Shown piece by piece: positions 18,217-26,275 of a stretch of DNA of 53,606 nucleotides (its first letter is position 1; each line of letters opens with the position of its first letter). The position numbers were made by a program, and so were the translations under genes. Location of the stretch: positions 1-53,606 of IMG/VR virus record IMGVR_UViG_3300013212_000047; one strand, written 5' to 3'. The notes under the pieces are model-generated. The model was not told where the DNA came from. It made no database searches and saw only the letters and a list, made by a program, of their open reading frames with translations. Origin of the DNA: a virus (Duplodnaviria > Caudoviricetes).

Positions 18217-18813
18217 ATGCCTGAAGAACGCCAAACTTTATCAGTAGACGCTACGGCTTATATGCCAATGCAACCTAACCCGCACCCGCGAGGTACAGCA
18301 GCATACAACTCCTATGAGAAGAAGATGCGTATGGAAGGCGGCTTGGCTAACTCAATTGGCGGCAAGATCGGCCCACGATCACTAGCTGTAGACCGCAAGG
18401 TGATAGCGCTTGGGAGTACAGTTTATAACCCATCGACTAAACGGTATTACGTAGCCGACGATGTTGGGCCAGCTATTCGCGGTAATGAGATTGACATTCC
18501 AATGTCAAACGAAGAGGCCATGAACAAGTTTGGTAGGCAAAAGCATAATCTTACGATTATGCCAAAAGGTTTTAAGATACCTGTAGATGCTAGTGGTAAC
18601 GATTTGCCATTGGATCAATATGACCAACAACAGTTAGTAAAAGCTGGTAGCAATTACTTCTCCAAACAACAACCAGTCCCAGGCGCGTCAGTTCCACAAA
18701 GCATGATGCCAAACAGTCGTTTGATTGGGATGATGCAAAAGTCGCCAGCCATTGCGCTAACGATTGGCAACTACAGACCACCAATACAAAGTTTGTTAAT
18801 GCCCCGCAAGTAA
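18217..18813 (+). CDS. 3D-domain (MltA-like) cell-wall-active protein
   Basis: ATAY, LAVDRKVIALGSTVY, ADDVGPAIRGNEIDI 3D signature; Q/P/M-rich tail. Confidence 0.85.
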   Translation: MPEERQTLSVDATAYMPMQPNPHPRGTAAYNSYEKKMRMEGGLANSIGGKIGPRSLAVDRKVIALGSTVYNPSTKRYYVADDVGPAIRGNEIDIPMSNEEAMNKFGRQKHNLTIMPKGFKIPVDASGNDLPLDQYDQQQLVKAGSNYFSKQQPVPGASVPQSMMPNSRLIGMMQKSPAIALTIGNYRPPIQSLLMPRK

Positions 18814-18827
18814 CGTACAATTAGTGC

Positions 18828-19373
18828 ATGCTTCCAGATAAGAAATACGACGTAGTACTTATGGATCCACCGTGGTCTTACACGGGGCAACAGGACAAGT
18901 GGGGCGCAGCTAGTAAATTCTACACGACGATGACCGATGATGATCTTAGATCATTGGATGTACAGTCGTTGCTCAAACCATCCTCTGTGGTCTTCATGTG
19001 GGCTACCTGCCCACGCCTGGACGCAGCTATGGATCTTCTTCGCTCATTGGGACTTGTATACCGAGGAGTTGCTTTCGTGTGGGTTAAAACCAAGAAAGAC
19101 GGAACCCCAATAGGAGCGCAAGGTGTTCGCCCATCGATCATAAAGCCAACGACAGAGTTAGTTATAGCTGGCAGCTTGACCAAGAAGGGACGTCCAATGA
19201 AGCTAATGGATGAATCTGTACGGCAGGTCGTAATGGCGCCAAAACAAGAACACAGCCGCAAGCCAGACGATATACACGAACGTATAGACAGACTTTATCC
19301 TGGAGGTGACAAACTAGAGATGTTTGCACGTAGGCCTTACGAAGGATGGGACGTATGGGGGAACGAAGTATGA
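18828..19373 (+). CDS. MT-A70 family adenine methyltransferase
   Basis: YDVVLMDPPW, FMWAT, FVWVK, EHSRKP, LEMFARR...GWDVWGNE. Confidence 0.93.
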   Translation: MLPDKKYDVVLMDPPWSYTGQQDKWGAASKFYTTMTDDDLRSLDVQSLLKPSSVVFMWATCPRLDAAMDLLRSLGLVYRGVAFVWVKTKKDGTPIGAQGVRPSIIKPTTELVIAGSLTKKGRPMKLMDESVRQVVMAPKQEHSRKPDDIHERIDRLYPGGDKLEMFARRPYEGWDVWGNEV

Positions 19374-19415
19374 TGACTGCAAGATCCGTGAATGGGAATA
19401 TGAGTAGGTGTTGCA

Positions 19416-19670
19416 ATGAAATTTGATGTTAACCGTGTGATGAAAATAGGACACAACGAGGACTTATACGAAGCAGTCTCTGTCTTATCAAAGTACTTTG
19501 CTGAGAATCCCGATGAACCGTATGTGGAGCTTATTTATGACCGGGATGGCGTAAAGGAAGTGGTTGGAAGGTTTAATAACCCCCAGTTTACAGAGCTGAT
19601 ATACGCTGTAAGTTACGGGCTTGATAATCTGAAACGCAAAAACGCAGTGCGCACCGTGGAGATACGGTAG
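19416..19670 (+). CDS. Hypothetical protein
   Basis: 84-aa ORF with AGGTG RBS. Confidence 0.65.
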   Translation: MKFDVNRVMKIGHNEDLYEAVSVLSKYFAENPDEPYVELIYDRDGVKEVVGRFNNPQFTELIYAVSYGLDNLKRKNAVRTVEIR

Positions 19671-19752
19671 AATCCGAGTGATCGAAAGATCATGAATAAA
19701 AGAAAGATCCATTAAACCGGGCCAATCCGACACATTCAAACTCTGCAAACAG

Positions 19753-19781
19753 AAAGACCAGTCAGCCACACTGGTCTTTTT
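19753..19781 (+). terminator. Intrinsic terminator
   Basis: aaagaccagt-cagccac-actggtcttt plus tt. Confidence 0.75.
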
Positions 19782-19794
19782 GCTATAATGGGGC

Positions 19795-20181
19795 ATGTCA
19801 ACTGCCGAAAAGCGAGATCCTGCTAAGTGGAAAAGTATTGTAGCTAGTGTCAAAGCTGGCACAAAGGGTGGCGATCCTGGTGAGTGGTCGGCACGAAAAG
19901 CACAGCTTGCTACTCAACAATACAAGAAGTCTGGTGGCGGCTACGTAGGCCCGAAGAAGGCAGACAACAGTCTGTCAAAATGGACTGACCAGAAATGGCG
20001 TACGTCAGATGGAACACCAAGTAAAGGCAAGAAACGCTACCTTCCAGATAAGGCCTGGGGTTCACTGTCTAAAGGTGAGGTAGCTGTTACTAATAAGACT
20101 AAAGCTGCTGGCAATCGTGCTGGTAAGCAATTCGTAGCGCAACCCAAGACTATTGCGCAAAAGGCAGCAAGGCATCGATGA
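19795..20181 (+). CDS. Conserved basic phage protein (DUF5872-like)
   Basis: GEWSARKAQL...YKKSGGGY...SLSKWTDQKWRT...RYLP...GKQFVAQP. Confidence 0.8.
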   Translation: MSTAEKRDPAKWKSIVASVKAGTKGGDPGEWSARKAQLATQQYKKSGGGYVGPKKADNSLSKWTDQKWRTSDGTPSKGKKRYLPDKAWGSLSKGEVAVTNKTKAAGNRAGKQFVAQPKTIAQKAARHR

Positions 20182-20522
20182 AAGCTACTCTATATCAATA
20201 CACCCTAAAGAATATCTTCGTGGTAGACGGAGATACATTAAAAGCAGATCTTGACCTAGGGTTTGGTGTAATCCTCGCAAGTAAGAAGATCCGACTGGAG
20301 CATGTGAACTGCCCAGAAAAAGACACACCCGAAGGTATTGAAGCGAAGATCTTTACGTCAGCTTGGATCATGGGTGGCAAAGACATAATCGTAATAGTAA
20401 AGAATCATCGTGAAGATAAGTATGGACGGATCCTGGGATCCGTCATTATGGACGGCGAAAGCCTGGCTGACTTACTTAAAATCAATAACCACGGCGTAGC
20501 GTACGAAGGTGGAAAGCGCTAA
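20178..20522 (+). CDS. Thermonuclease (SNase-like) family protein
   Basis: VVDGDT...DLGFGV...IRL...CPE...DKYGRILG. Confidence 0.88.
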   Translation: MKATLYQYTLKNIFVVDGDTLKADLDLGFGVILASKKIRLEHVNCPEKDTPEGIEAKIFTSAWIMGGKDIIVIVKNHREDKYGRILGSVIMDGESLADLLKINNHGVAYEGGKR

Positions 20523-20523
20523 C

Positions 20524-20772
20524 TCAACAATTCCACGCACGTAACGACTTATTGATGCGTGAGTTTGGATCCTTAGCTGTCTTGGCAGACGTGTTCTTAG
20601 CCTTCATACCGCCCATACGGGCGCAAAACGACGCCTTACGGCCAGCATCAGCTGCAGTCTTAGGTTTAGGCGCCGGCGGCTTTAGATTTGCGCCTGTAGT
20701 GCGCTTAAAGTGCGCGCGTCCCGCTGCATTCAACCCGCCTTTTGGATCCTGATATTTCTTTACGACGCCCAT
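20524..20772 (-). CDS. Conserved basic phage protein (DUF6321-like)
   Basis: DPKGGLNAAGRA...RKASFCARMGG...PNSRINKSLRAWNC; AGGAG RBS. Confidence 0.8.
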   Translation of the reverse strand: MGVVKKYQDPKGGLNAAGRAHFKRTTGANLKPPAPKPKTAADAGRKASFCARMGGMKAKNTSAKTAKDPNSRINKSLRAWNC

Positions 20773-20810
20773 CACTGCACTCTCCTGCTACCATTCGAGG
20801 TAGTTACCAT
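20772..20810 (-). CDS. Putative leaderless 12-aa upstream ORF
   Basis: TATAAT-N5-ATG, MVTTSNGSRRVQ; stop overlaps the next ATG (TGATG). Confidence 0.4.
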   Translation of the reverse strand: MVTTSNGSRRVQ

Positions 20811-20869
20811 AGGGTATTATACAGAGCCACATCCTTACGGAGTGAGCAACATCAACAACAACCAAACGG

Positions 20870-20898
20870 AAAAGCCGCGACTCGTCATCGCGGTTTTT
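20870..20898. terminator. Terminator-like hairpin
   Basis: aaaagccgcga-ctcgtca-tcgcggttttt. Confidence 0.6.
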
Positions 20899-21002
20899 CT
20901 GTTAGTGACGTATCTACTGCGGTAGATATTTGTTTTTGGACATACCGTCCGTAGCCGCAGGGTACGTAAAGGAAGAAAAAAGGGGGGGGCGGGCTTGCCA
21001 CA

Positions 21003-21052
21003 CCCCCCTCCCCACACACGTGGGGAGGGGTTGGGGGAGGGGAGGTAGGGGG
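21003..21052. repeat. G/C-tract inverted repeat (REP-like, G-quadruplex-capable)
   Basis: cccctcccca-cacacg-tggggagggg stem followed by further G4-G5 runs. Confidence 0.65.
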
Positions 21053-21254
21053 CAGACGGTAGGCGGAGCCGGACGGCTGGAAGCCAGCGTAGCTGGCAGG
21101 CTGGAGGCCAAAGGCCGACAGCATGGATCCCGCGCGGAACGCGCGCAGCTCTGGATACGAAGGCACGAATGTGCGTTTGGATCGGAGCATCGCATCCCCC
21201 TGCAGGTAGTGTTACCATGTTTATGTCGGAAAGTTAGAGTAAAGGAGAATTGTC

Positions 21255-21551
21255 ATGGAACCTAAACCATATTTGACGTTCGTTGGTTGCAACGTAGACC
21301 AATTCATAAGTGCTGTGGAAACAATACTCGGTTATGATGCGGCTGATACCGTATTTGATGTCATCGTTCGGCGTAACAATGAATCAGATATCGTTGTGTT
21401 AGAACCTACCGTGCTAATCGGCCACATCGAAGGCCTGTCATGGATTAGCGTCAAATCCACTGTCGGTGCAATTGCGGAAATGTACGAGTTACCAGATATC
21501 TGGTACGTTTTCACGGTGGATTCACTTGGTAAACTCAGGTGGAGTAGGTAG
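21255..21551 (+). CDS. Hypothetical protein
   Basis: AAAGGAG RBS; TGtTACCAT extended -10 near 21211. Confidence 0.75.
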   Translation: MEPKPYLTFVGCNVDQFISAVETILGYDAADTVFDVIVRRNNESDIVVLEPTVLIGHIEGLSWISVKSTVGAIAEMYELPDIWYVFTVDSLGKLRWSR

Positions 21552-21561
21552 TAATTGGAAC

Positions 21562-21588
21562 CGGCCGGCCTGCATCACAGGCCGGCCG
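21562..21588. other. GC-rich intergenic hairpin
   Basis: cggccggcctg-catca-caggccggccg; no U tract. Confidence 0.7.
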
Positions 21589-21614
21589 TCGTAAGCGGGT
21601 AAAAGGAAAATTAG

Positions 21615-21890
21615 ATGAAAAGATGTATAGACTGCAACGGACACGGGTACACCGTCGGAAGAGCGGAAATAAGTGCGGTAATTTCCGACGCGAATAATGA
21701 CGAATGGTGTCAAGTTATGCGCTGTGACAACTGCGGTAAATACGACGGTGATACCAGTGATGTCTTAATTGAAGTTTTTGTTGATGCGTCAGGGATTGAC
21801 GTACCGATTATTATCGGTCACAGCATCTACGGTGATACCTACCTCTGGGTAAACCGTTATGTTCTGCAGACAATACAGCATAAAGGATGA
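21615..21890 (+). CDS. Hypothetical zinc-ribbon protein
   Basis: CIDCNGHG and CDNCG pairs; AAAGGA RBS. Confidence 0.7.
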   Translation: MKRCIDCNGHGYTVGRAEISAVISDANNDEWCQVMRCDNCGKYDGDTSDVLIEVFVDASGIDVPIIIGHSIYGDTYLWVNRYVLQTIQHKG

Positions 21891-21930
21891 TTGTTGGCTC
21901 GGCCGGTTGCATAACCGGCCACTAGTAAAC

Positions 21931-21962
21931 AACCCGGCTCATGATGCGAGCCGGGTTTTTTT
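21931..21962 (+). terminator. Intrinsic terminator (preceded by a second hairpin at 21901-21920)
   Basis: aacccggctc-atgatgc-gagccgggtt plus T run. Confidence 0.85.
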
Positions 21963-22329
21963 GGCACCCGCCCAAGGAGGCACCGCAGGTACGAGGACGA
22001 CGACTTGGGGAGAGTAAGGGGGAGTCGCGGAGCGCACCTGTTTAACACAAGCACAACGATAGATGACACCACTGACACACACCACACTCTGGTAACAATC
22101 ACACACACGGACGTAGCACGAAGCTGCGCACGTCCTTCTGACACACGTAGTGTGCGGACACAGTGCGAATGCACATGTGTCTTCGGACGGTGGTGCTGGG
22201 GGTGGTGGTGGGGCCTGGGTGCAATCGCGTCGCGAAGTGGCAGGCTCCGCCTGGAGCGCAGCAGCTGACTGCACACACGGCACACAGTGTGAACACACTG
22301 GTGCCAGCCGCGCGAATGCGCGCGGTGCT

Positions 22330-22410
22330 AGGCCGAATGGCCGCAGCACCAGCAGCCAACGAAGCGAATGCGCAGTGGCTGTCACGCAGAACAAGGCCGA
22401 ATGGCCGCAG
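22330..22410. repeat. 17-bp direct repeat aggccgaatggccgcag x2
   Basis: Copies at 22330-22346 and 22394-22410. Confidence 0.9.
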
Positions 22411-22680
22411 ATCTGAAGCGGAAGGGGTACCGAAGGGGTCACGCTAACACACAAGCCCAGCTCTACTAGAGGCAGACAACTACTCTACCGCGTAGGAAAA
22501 AATTTTTGGAGGGGTAAACCGCCTGTTAGTAGGTGGCTGTGGGTCTAGGCGTTGGGCTGCGCTAGGTGGTTAGCCGGTGGCGGTGCTAGGGCTACGGGGG
22601 TTATGCGTGGCGTGTTAGAGCATTGTGTAGGCGTTACATCCGGGCGCGCGTCTGTAGCGTAGCGTAGGATCTGCGCACGG

Positions 22681-22740
22681 TGGGCTGGCCAAGGGGTAGC
22701 GGGCTGTGTGGGTTGGCCAATTGGTAGCGGGCTGTGTGGG
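22681..22740. repeat. 28-bp imperfect tandem repeat x2
   Basis: tgggctggccaaggggtagcgggctgtg / tgggttggccaattggtagcgggctgtg. Confidence 0.9.
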
Positions 22741-22923
22741 AGTACTTGGTGAACACGCAGGTAAATGCAGTTACTGTATAGGCTGAAAATTGCCGTTAAT
22801 TTATCGCTGGCATTTGTTGCGATATTTTGCGGGGCTGCCTGCGTTTTACACCTCTGCCCTTTTGTTTTGCGTCATTTGTCGTATACTGGCACTGGGTTGG
22901 ATTATATTGAAGGGTAGATAGTT

Positions 22924-23223
22924 ATGAATCATGATTTGTACGGTTACGCGTTAGGCCGTCGTCCCGGCACCGTTGTCCCGGATACCTCGTTGGAAGTCGC
23001 GCGTTGCGCTGTCTGCGATATGTACGGCGCCTGCAATGATGTCCGGGTGGTCTGCTATGCAGATATGCCTGATGCGGGCTATGTCGGCAGGGTTTGGCCT
23101 GTCTGTGAGTCTTGCCAGTATGCGGCCGTGTATGGCTGTGAGTGTGGCGTGTGTGGCTATTGTCGGAGTATGGAATTGGCGCGTCTGCGCTTTCAAGCTA
23201 ATGAAGGGGTAAAGGTTGTTTAG
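22924..23223 (+). CDS. Cys-rich hypothetical (early) protein
   Basis: Several CxxC pairs; GAAGGG RBS; TATACT at 22882. Confidence 0.65.
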   Translation: MNHDLYGYALGRRPGTVVPDTSLEVARCAVCDMYGACNDVRVVCYADMPDAGYVGRVWPVCESCQYAAVYGCECGVCGYCRSMELARLRFQANEGVKVV

Positions 23224-23512
23224 TATGTCTACTCGTCTTACTTGGCGTGAGTCTGTGGTGCATATCGTGGGCTGTGTGTTCATCGGCCTTCTTACTGTGG
23301 GTGTATCTTATTTGCTGTTGTGGGTTGCTGTGCATGGTGGCGCGGCGCTTGCTGCATTTAGGCATTCGGCGATGTTTCCGTTCGGCTTTGTCGGATTTTT
23401 GTTCTCGCTGGTTGCCTTGGGCAGCATCGTTATCGGGTTGATAATTACTATGCGTGATTGGCAGGGTATCTTTTTGGATATCATCGCATCTCGTCGCGGG
23501 GGTGTGCTGTGA
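23216..23512 (+). CDS. Hypothetical membrane protein (2 TM)
   Basis: Two long hydrophobic helices; overlaps both neighbours. Confidence 0.6.
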   Translation: MFSMSTRLTWRESVVHIVGCVFIGLLTVGVSYLLLWVAVHGGAALAAFRHSAMFPFGFVGFLFSLVALGSIVIGLIITMRDWQGIFLDIIASRRGGVL

Positions 23513-24363
23513 AAATGCATCTGCCTATGCTTGCATCTGATTCGCTGGTGGTTGGCTGCTCTGACAACAGCAAATTGGGACAGGGTCAATGTGGGGTCAC
23601 TTATCGTCCGGTCGGGGCTGGGGATAATGGCACGTGTCCTAGTACCTGCATTTTCCTGCCTACTCGCTTGGGTGGCATGTCCCCTGCTGCCTTAGCTGCG
23701 CGGATTGTGTCCGGTGCTGCTGGTAGTCCTGTCGCGTTCCGTGCTGCGGCGGCTGTGTGGGCTGCGGACATTGGCAGCTCTAAATTCGGGCGCTGCTATG
23801 CTGCGTCCGGTCGTGTCAAGTTTTCGGCTTTACGGTCTATGGGATCAACTGCCGATTTGCGCGCGATACCTAACAGTCTTGACGCGCGTCTACATATCTC
23901 CGGGGATTTCGTGCGGCGTGGGCGCTCTTACGATAGCCGTAGGCCGTCGGCCTCAATCGATTGGGACTATGTCGATATCGTCTGCAAGTGGGCGCGTGGT
24001 CGGTCTGGTGCTGTCTGGGTGTATACGCATATCCCTTCCCGGCGCCTACTGGATACCTTGCAGTCTGCAGGCGTGGCGGTGTGGCTATCATGTGATTCGT
24101 GGGCTAGTGCTGCGCGTTGGCTGCGGGCTGGTTACCGTGTCACGGTGGCGGGGTCTTTGTCCTACCTGCGGGCATTCCGGCTGGCCTTGCAGGGTATCGG
24201 CTTCCGGGCGTCGTGGTGTCCTTGGGACTTGTCCTTAGCTCATGGGCATACCGTCAAGCGTTTGACCGGCGTTGTGTCCTGCTCTGCTTGCCGTATGTGC
24301 ATAGATGGTGCTGGGGGTGGTGTGGCTGGCCTGCCTGACTGTGTCATGTTTGTGGTGCATTAG
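23509..24363 (+). CDS. Gp88/DUF7227-like Cys-rich protein
   Basis: NSKLG, TCPSTC, CYA, RLHISGDF, VYTH, CP...CSACRMC; GTG start overlapping the upstream stop. Confidence 0.7.
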   Translation: MKMHLPMLASDSLVVGCSDNSKLGQGQCGVTYRPVGAGDNGTCPSTCIFLPTRLGGMSPAALAARIVSGAAGSPVAFRAAAAVWAADIGSSKFGRCYAASGRVKFSALRSMGSTADLRAIPNSLDARLHISGDFVRRGRSYDSRRPSASIDWDYVDIVCKWARGRSGAVWVYTHIPSRRLLDTLQSAGVAVWLSCDSWASAARWLRAGYRVTVAGSLSYLRAFRLALQGIGFRASWCPWDLSLAHGHTVKRLTGVVSCSACRMCIDGAGGGVAGLPDCVMFVVH

Positions 24364-24456
24364 GTGGGCGCCTTGCTTTGGTGCGTCCTGTGGGCGCTGT
24401 GTGCGCTCTGGACGTTATCTGTGTTCCGTAGGCGCTAGTAGCGCGCGTATGCTTCG

Positions 24457-24486
24457 ACCGGTTCCCATTGGGAGCCGGTTTTTTTT
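24457..24486 (+). terminator. Intrinsic terminator
   Basis: accggttccc-att-gggagccggt plus T run. Confidence 0.85.
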
Positions 24487-24770
24487 GCCTTCCTTCCCTG
24501 GTGATTTTTTGGCGCTTTGTATATCCCCCAATTACCATTTGTGATTTATCAGCTCTGGCCGTGTGGGTCATTGTCCTGGTTGCTTATCGGTGGTTTGTCC
24601 GGGTACCTGATAGGCGTCCTCCTTGCATGCGTGGCGCTGCGCTGTCATGCAAATGGTGCCGTTTCCACCTGCCTGTATTCGCATCTGGATCAATTGATTT
24701 GAGTCCAACTTTTGGCCTGCGCTCTCGCGCATGGGATTTTTTCTTGCCGGCTTCGCCGGCTGGCACACAG

Positions 24771-24829
24771 ACACACGCAAGTAGTGCAGTTATTAATTGC
24801 CGGATTGATGTATACTTCTACTTGCGGGG
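24771..24829 (+). promoter_or_regulatory. Duplicated early promoter, copy 1
   Basis: acacacgcaagta...taattgccggattgatgTATACTtctacttgcgggg; 36 nt identical to 25405-25440. Confidence 0.75.
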
Positions 24830-24867
24830 TATCCCGTTTCGACCTGCTCTGGTAAAGGAGATTTAGA

Positions 24868-25212
24868 ATGGATGATTTGGTATCCATCGTATGCCGTGCG
24901 TCTGCTTTTAGCGTCCACGCATACTTTCATGCTGTCGGCCTTATGACGGCAGAATACAGTGATATGTGTAAGACATGGCACGTATCTGCAATTGACCGCG
25001 AGGGCGAGGATGAAGCGGATGGTAAGTCCTTTACCGATGTCTATATCACGTTCGGTGTGTTCCTTGATTGTGCAGGCAAGGGTATCTGCGATGGCAAGTG
25101 CGATTGCATCGAGTCTGCGGATTTCTGCTTGTCCTTTGGCGATAGGGATATTGCATTGGCCGTCCTTGCGTACCTCCAAGATGAGGATACATGGTGGAAT
25201 TACAACATCTAG
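24868..25212 (+). CDS. Hypothetical acidic protein
   Basis: AAAGGAG RBS; flanked by promoter and terminator. Confidence 0.75.
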   Translation: MDDLVSIVCRASAFSVHAYFHAVGLMTAEYSDMCKTWHVSAIDREGEDEADGKSFTDVYITFGVFLDCAGKGICDGKCDCIESADFCLSFGDRDIALAVLAYLQDEDTWWNYNI

Positions 25213-25232
25213 ACTCCAGCTCCGCTGTGCAG

Positions 25233-25263
25233 GCCGGCTACCTTCGGGTGGCCGGTTTTTTTT
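25233..25263 (+). terminator. Intrinsic terminator with UUCG loop
   Basis: gccggctacc-ttcg-ggtggccggt plus T run. Confidence 0.9.
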
Positions 25264-25380
25264 GTGCCTTGGGGATTCCACCTGCTTGTTTTTCCCACGA
25301 TCCGTTGCCGGTTAGATTCCATTTCCGGCTGGCTGGTTGGATGCGCGCGCGGGGTCTCGGCGCTTTTAGATGCGTTACAC

Positions 25381-25440
25381 ACACACGCAAGTAATTACTG
25401 TTTGTAATTGCCGGATTGATGTATACTTCTACTTGCGGGG
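25381..25440 (+). promoter_or_regulatory. Duplicated early promoter, copy 2
   Basis: Same 13-nt and 36-nt blocks as 24771-24829. Confidence 0.75.
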
Positions 25441-25469
25441 CTTACCCTGCATCGAAAGGTTAGGTAGAT

Positions 25470-25916
25470 ATGAGTATTGATTTTGCGCGCAGTTGGTCAG
25501 GGTTTCCCTGCCACATCAGTGTGACTGATAATGCCGTGGAAGCGATTGTTGAAATGTTTGGTTCCGTTGCAGAGCATTGCCGTTCCATCAAGTATGTTGG
25601 CGATGATGCTGTTATGGTTACGCTTGACATTCCAAAGCACTATGTCCTGCGCATGGAGAACGTAAAAGAAGTAGCGAACGCGGACGGCAGTGTTCCCACT
25701 TACATCGATGTCGTTGTCGATGTCCAGAAGGTCGCCGATGCGCTCTATTGGATGCAAGATGCCGGCGAAGGCGACCAGCATGTGCAGATATCGGAAATCC
25801 TTTTCAATAGCTCCATCAAGGGTTACGATGCCTGCTTTGATTCCAGCCAAGTCGATGCTATCGGCGCATGTGCAATCATCGACGTCATCGCGTACGGGGA
25901 GATTATTTTCGGATGA
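25470..25916 (+). CDS. Conserved phage hypothetical protein
   Basis: C-terminal DAIGACAIIDVIAYGEIIFG resembles a common phage motif; TAGGT RBS. Confidence 0.75.
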   Translation: MSIDFARSWSGFPCHISVTDNAVEAIVEMFGSVAEHCRSIKYVGDDAVMVTLDIPKHYVLRMENVKEVANADGSVPTYIDVVVDVQKVADALYWMQDAGEGDQHVQISEILFNSSIKGYDACFDSSQVDAIGACAIIDVIAYGEIIFG

Positions 25917-26008
25917 GGAATACGGGTGCCGACAGTTGGCCGATGACCGTTGCTTTCATCGTTATCGTTGTTACTTTGGAAATTATTCGTAAGTGGGAGA
26001 GTGAGTGA
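25913..26008 (+). CDS. 31-aa putative membrane peptide
   Basis: MRNTGADSWPMTVAFIVIVVTLEIIRKWESE; ATGA and TGATG overlaps fill the gap exactly. Confidence 0.55.
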   Translation: MRNTGADSWPMTVAFIVIVVTLEIIRKWESE

Positions 26009-26265
26009 TGGCTGTTGTTGTGAAAGTGTTCCGGACGTGGCCGCAATTCCGCGCTTTGGTAAACAAGATGCTTATCGTCGAACAAGGCAAGATGGGTATC
26101 ACCGGTTTCGGTGTATTGACTCTGAACGATTTGGCCGATGTCGATTTCTGGGATTACTATCCCGGTAATGAAGGCATGTCCGAAGATGACTGGCGCAAGG
26201 CTGCATCCGAAGCCGCGCTGCACGTGCTGGAGGAACAGGACGGCTTTTCCTTCCTGATGGACTAG
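26008..26265 (+). CDS. Hypothetical protein
   Basis: GGGAG RBS; followed by a terminator. Confidence 0.7.
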   Translation: MAVVVKVFRTWPQFRALVNKMLIVEQGKMGITGFGVLTLNDLADVDFWDYYPGNEGMSEDDWRKAASEAALHVLEEQDGFSFLMD

Positions 26266-26275
26266 AGTTTGGTTT

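Larger units (their letters stand above)
21963..22920. other. Non-coding region with strand-composition inversion; candidate genome end / packaging site
   Basis: AC-rich to the left and GT-rich to the right of AAAAAATTTTT (22497-22507); short repeats; no credible ORF. Confidence 0.5.

Noticed and set aside
18828-20522. MT-A70 methyltransferase plus nuclease as a restriction-modification system
   Set aside because: The nuclease is SNase-like, separated by a terminator and its own promoter; both genes are common orphans in phages
20835-21265. Four overlapping ORFs of 93-127 aa across the G/C-tract region
   Set aside because: Low-complexity Pro/Gly translations of homopolymer tracts, no RBS; better explained as non-coding
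21857-22454. Six overlapping ORFs on both strands
   Set aside because: Translations mirror ac/gt dinucleotide runs (VCV, THT); no start signals; they span a terminator
24468-24866. 132-aa + strand ORF and neighbours
   Set aside because: Starts inside a terminator and runs through the duplicated promoter; stop codons are scarce because the strand is A-poor
24771-25440. 36-nt repeat as a CRISPR repeat or attachment site
   Set aside because: Only two copies, separated by a whole gene; contains a -10 box; no cas or integrase gene
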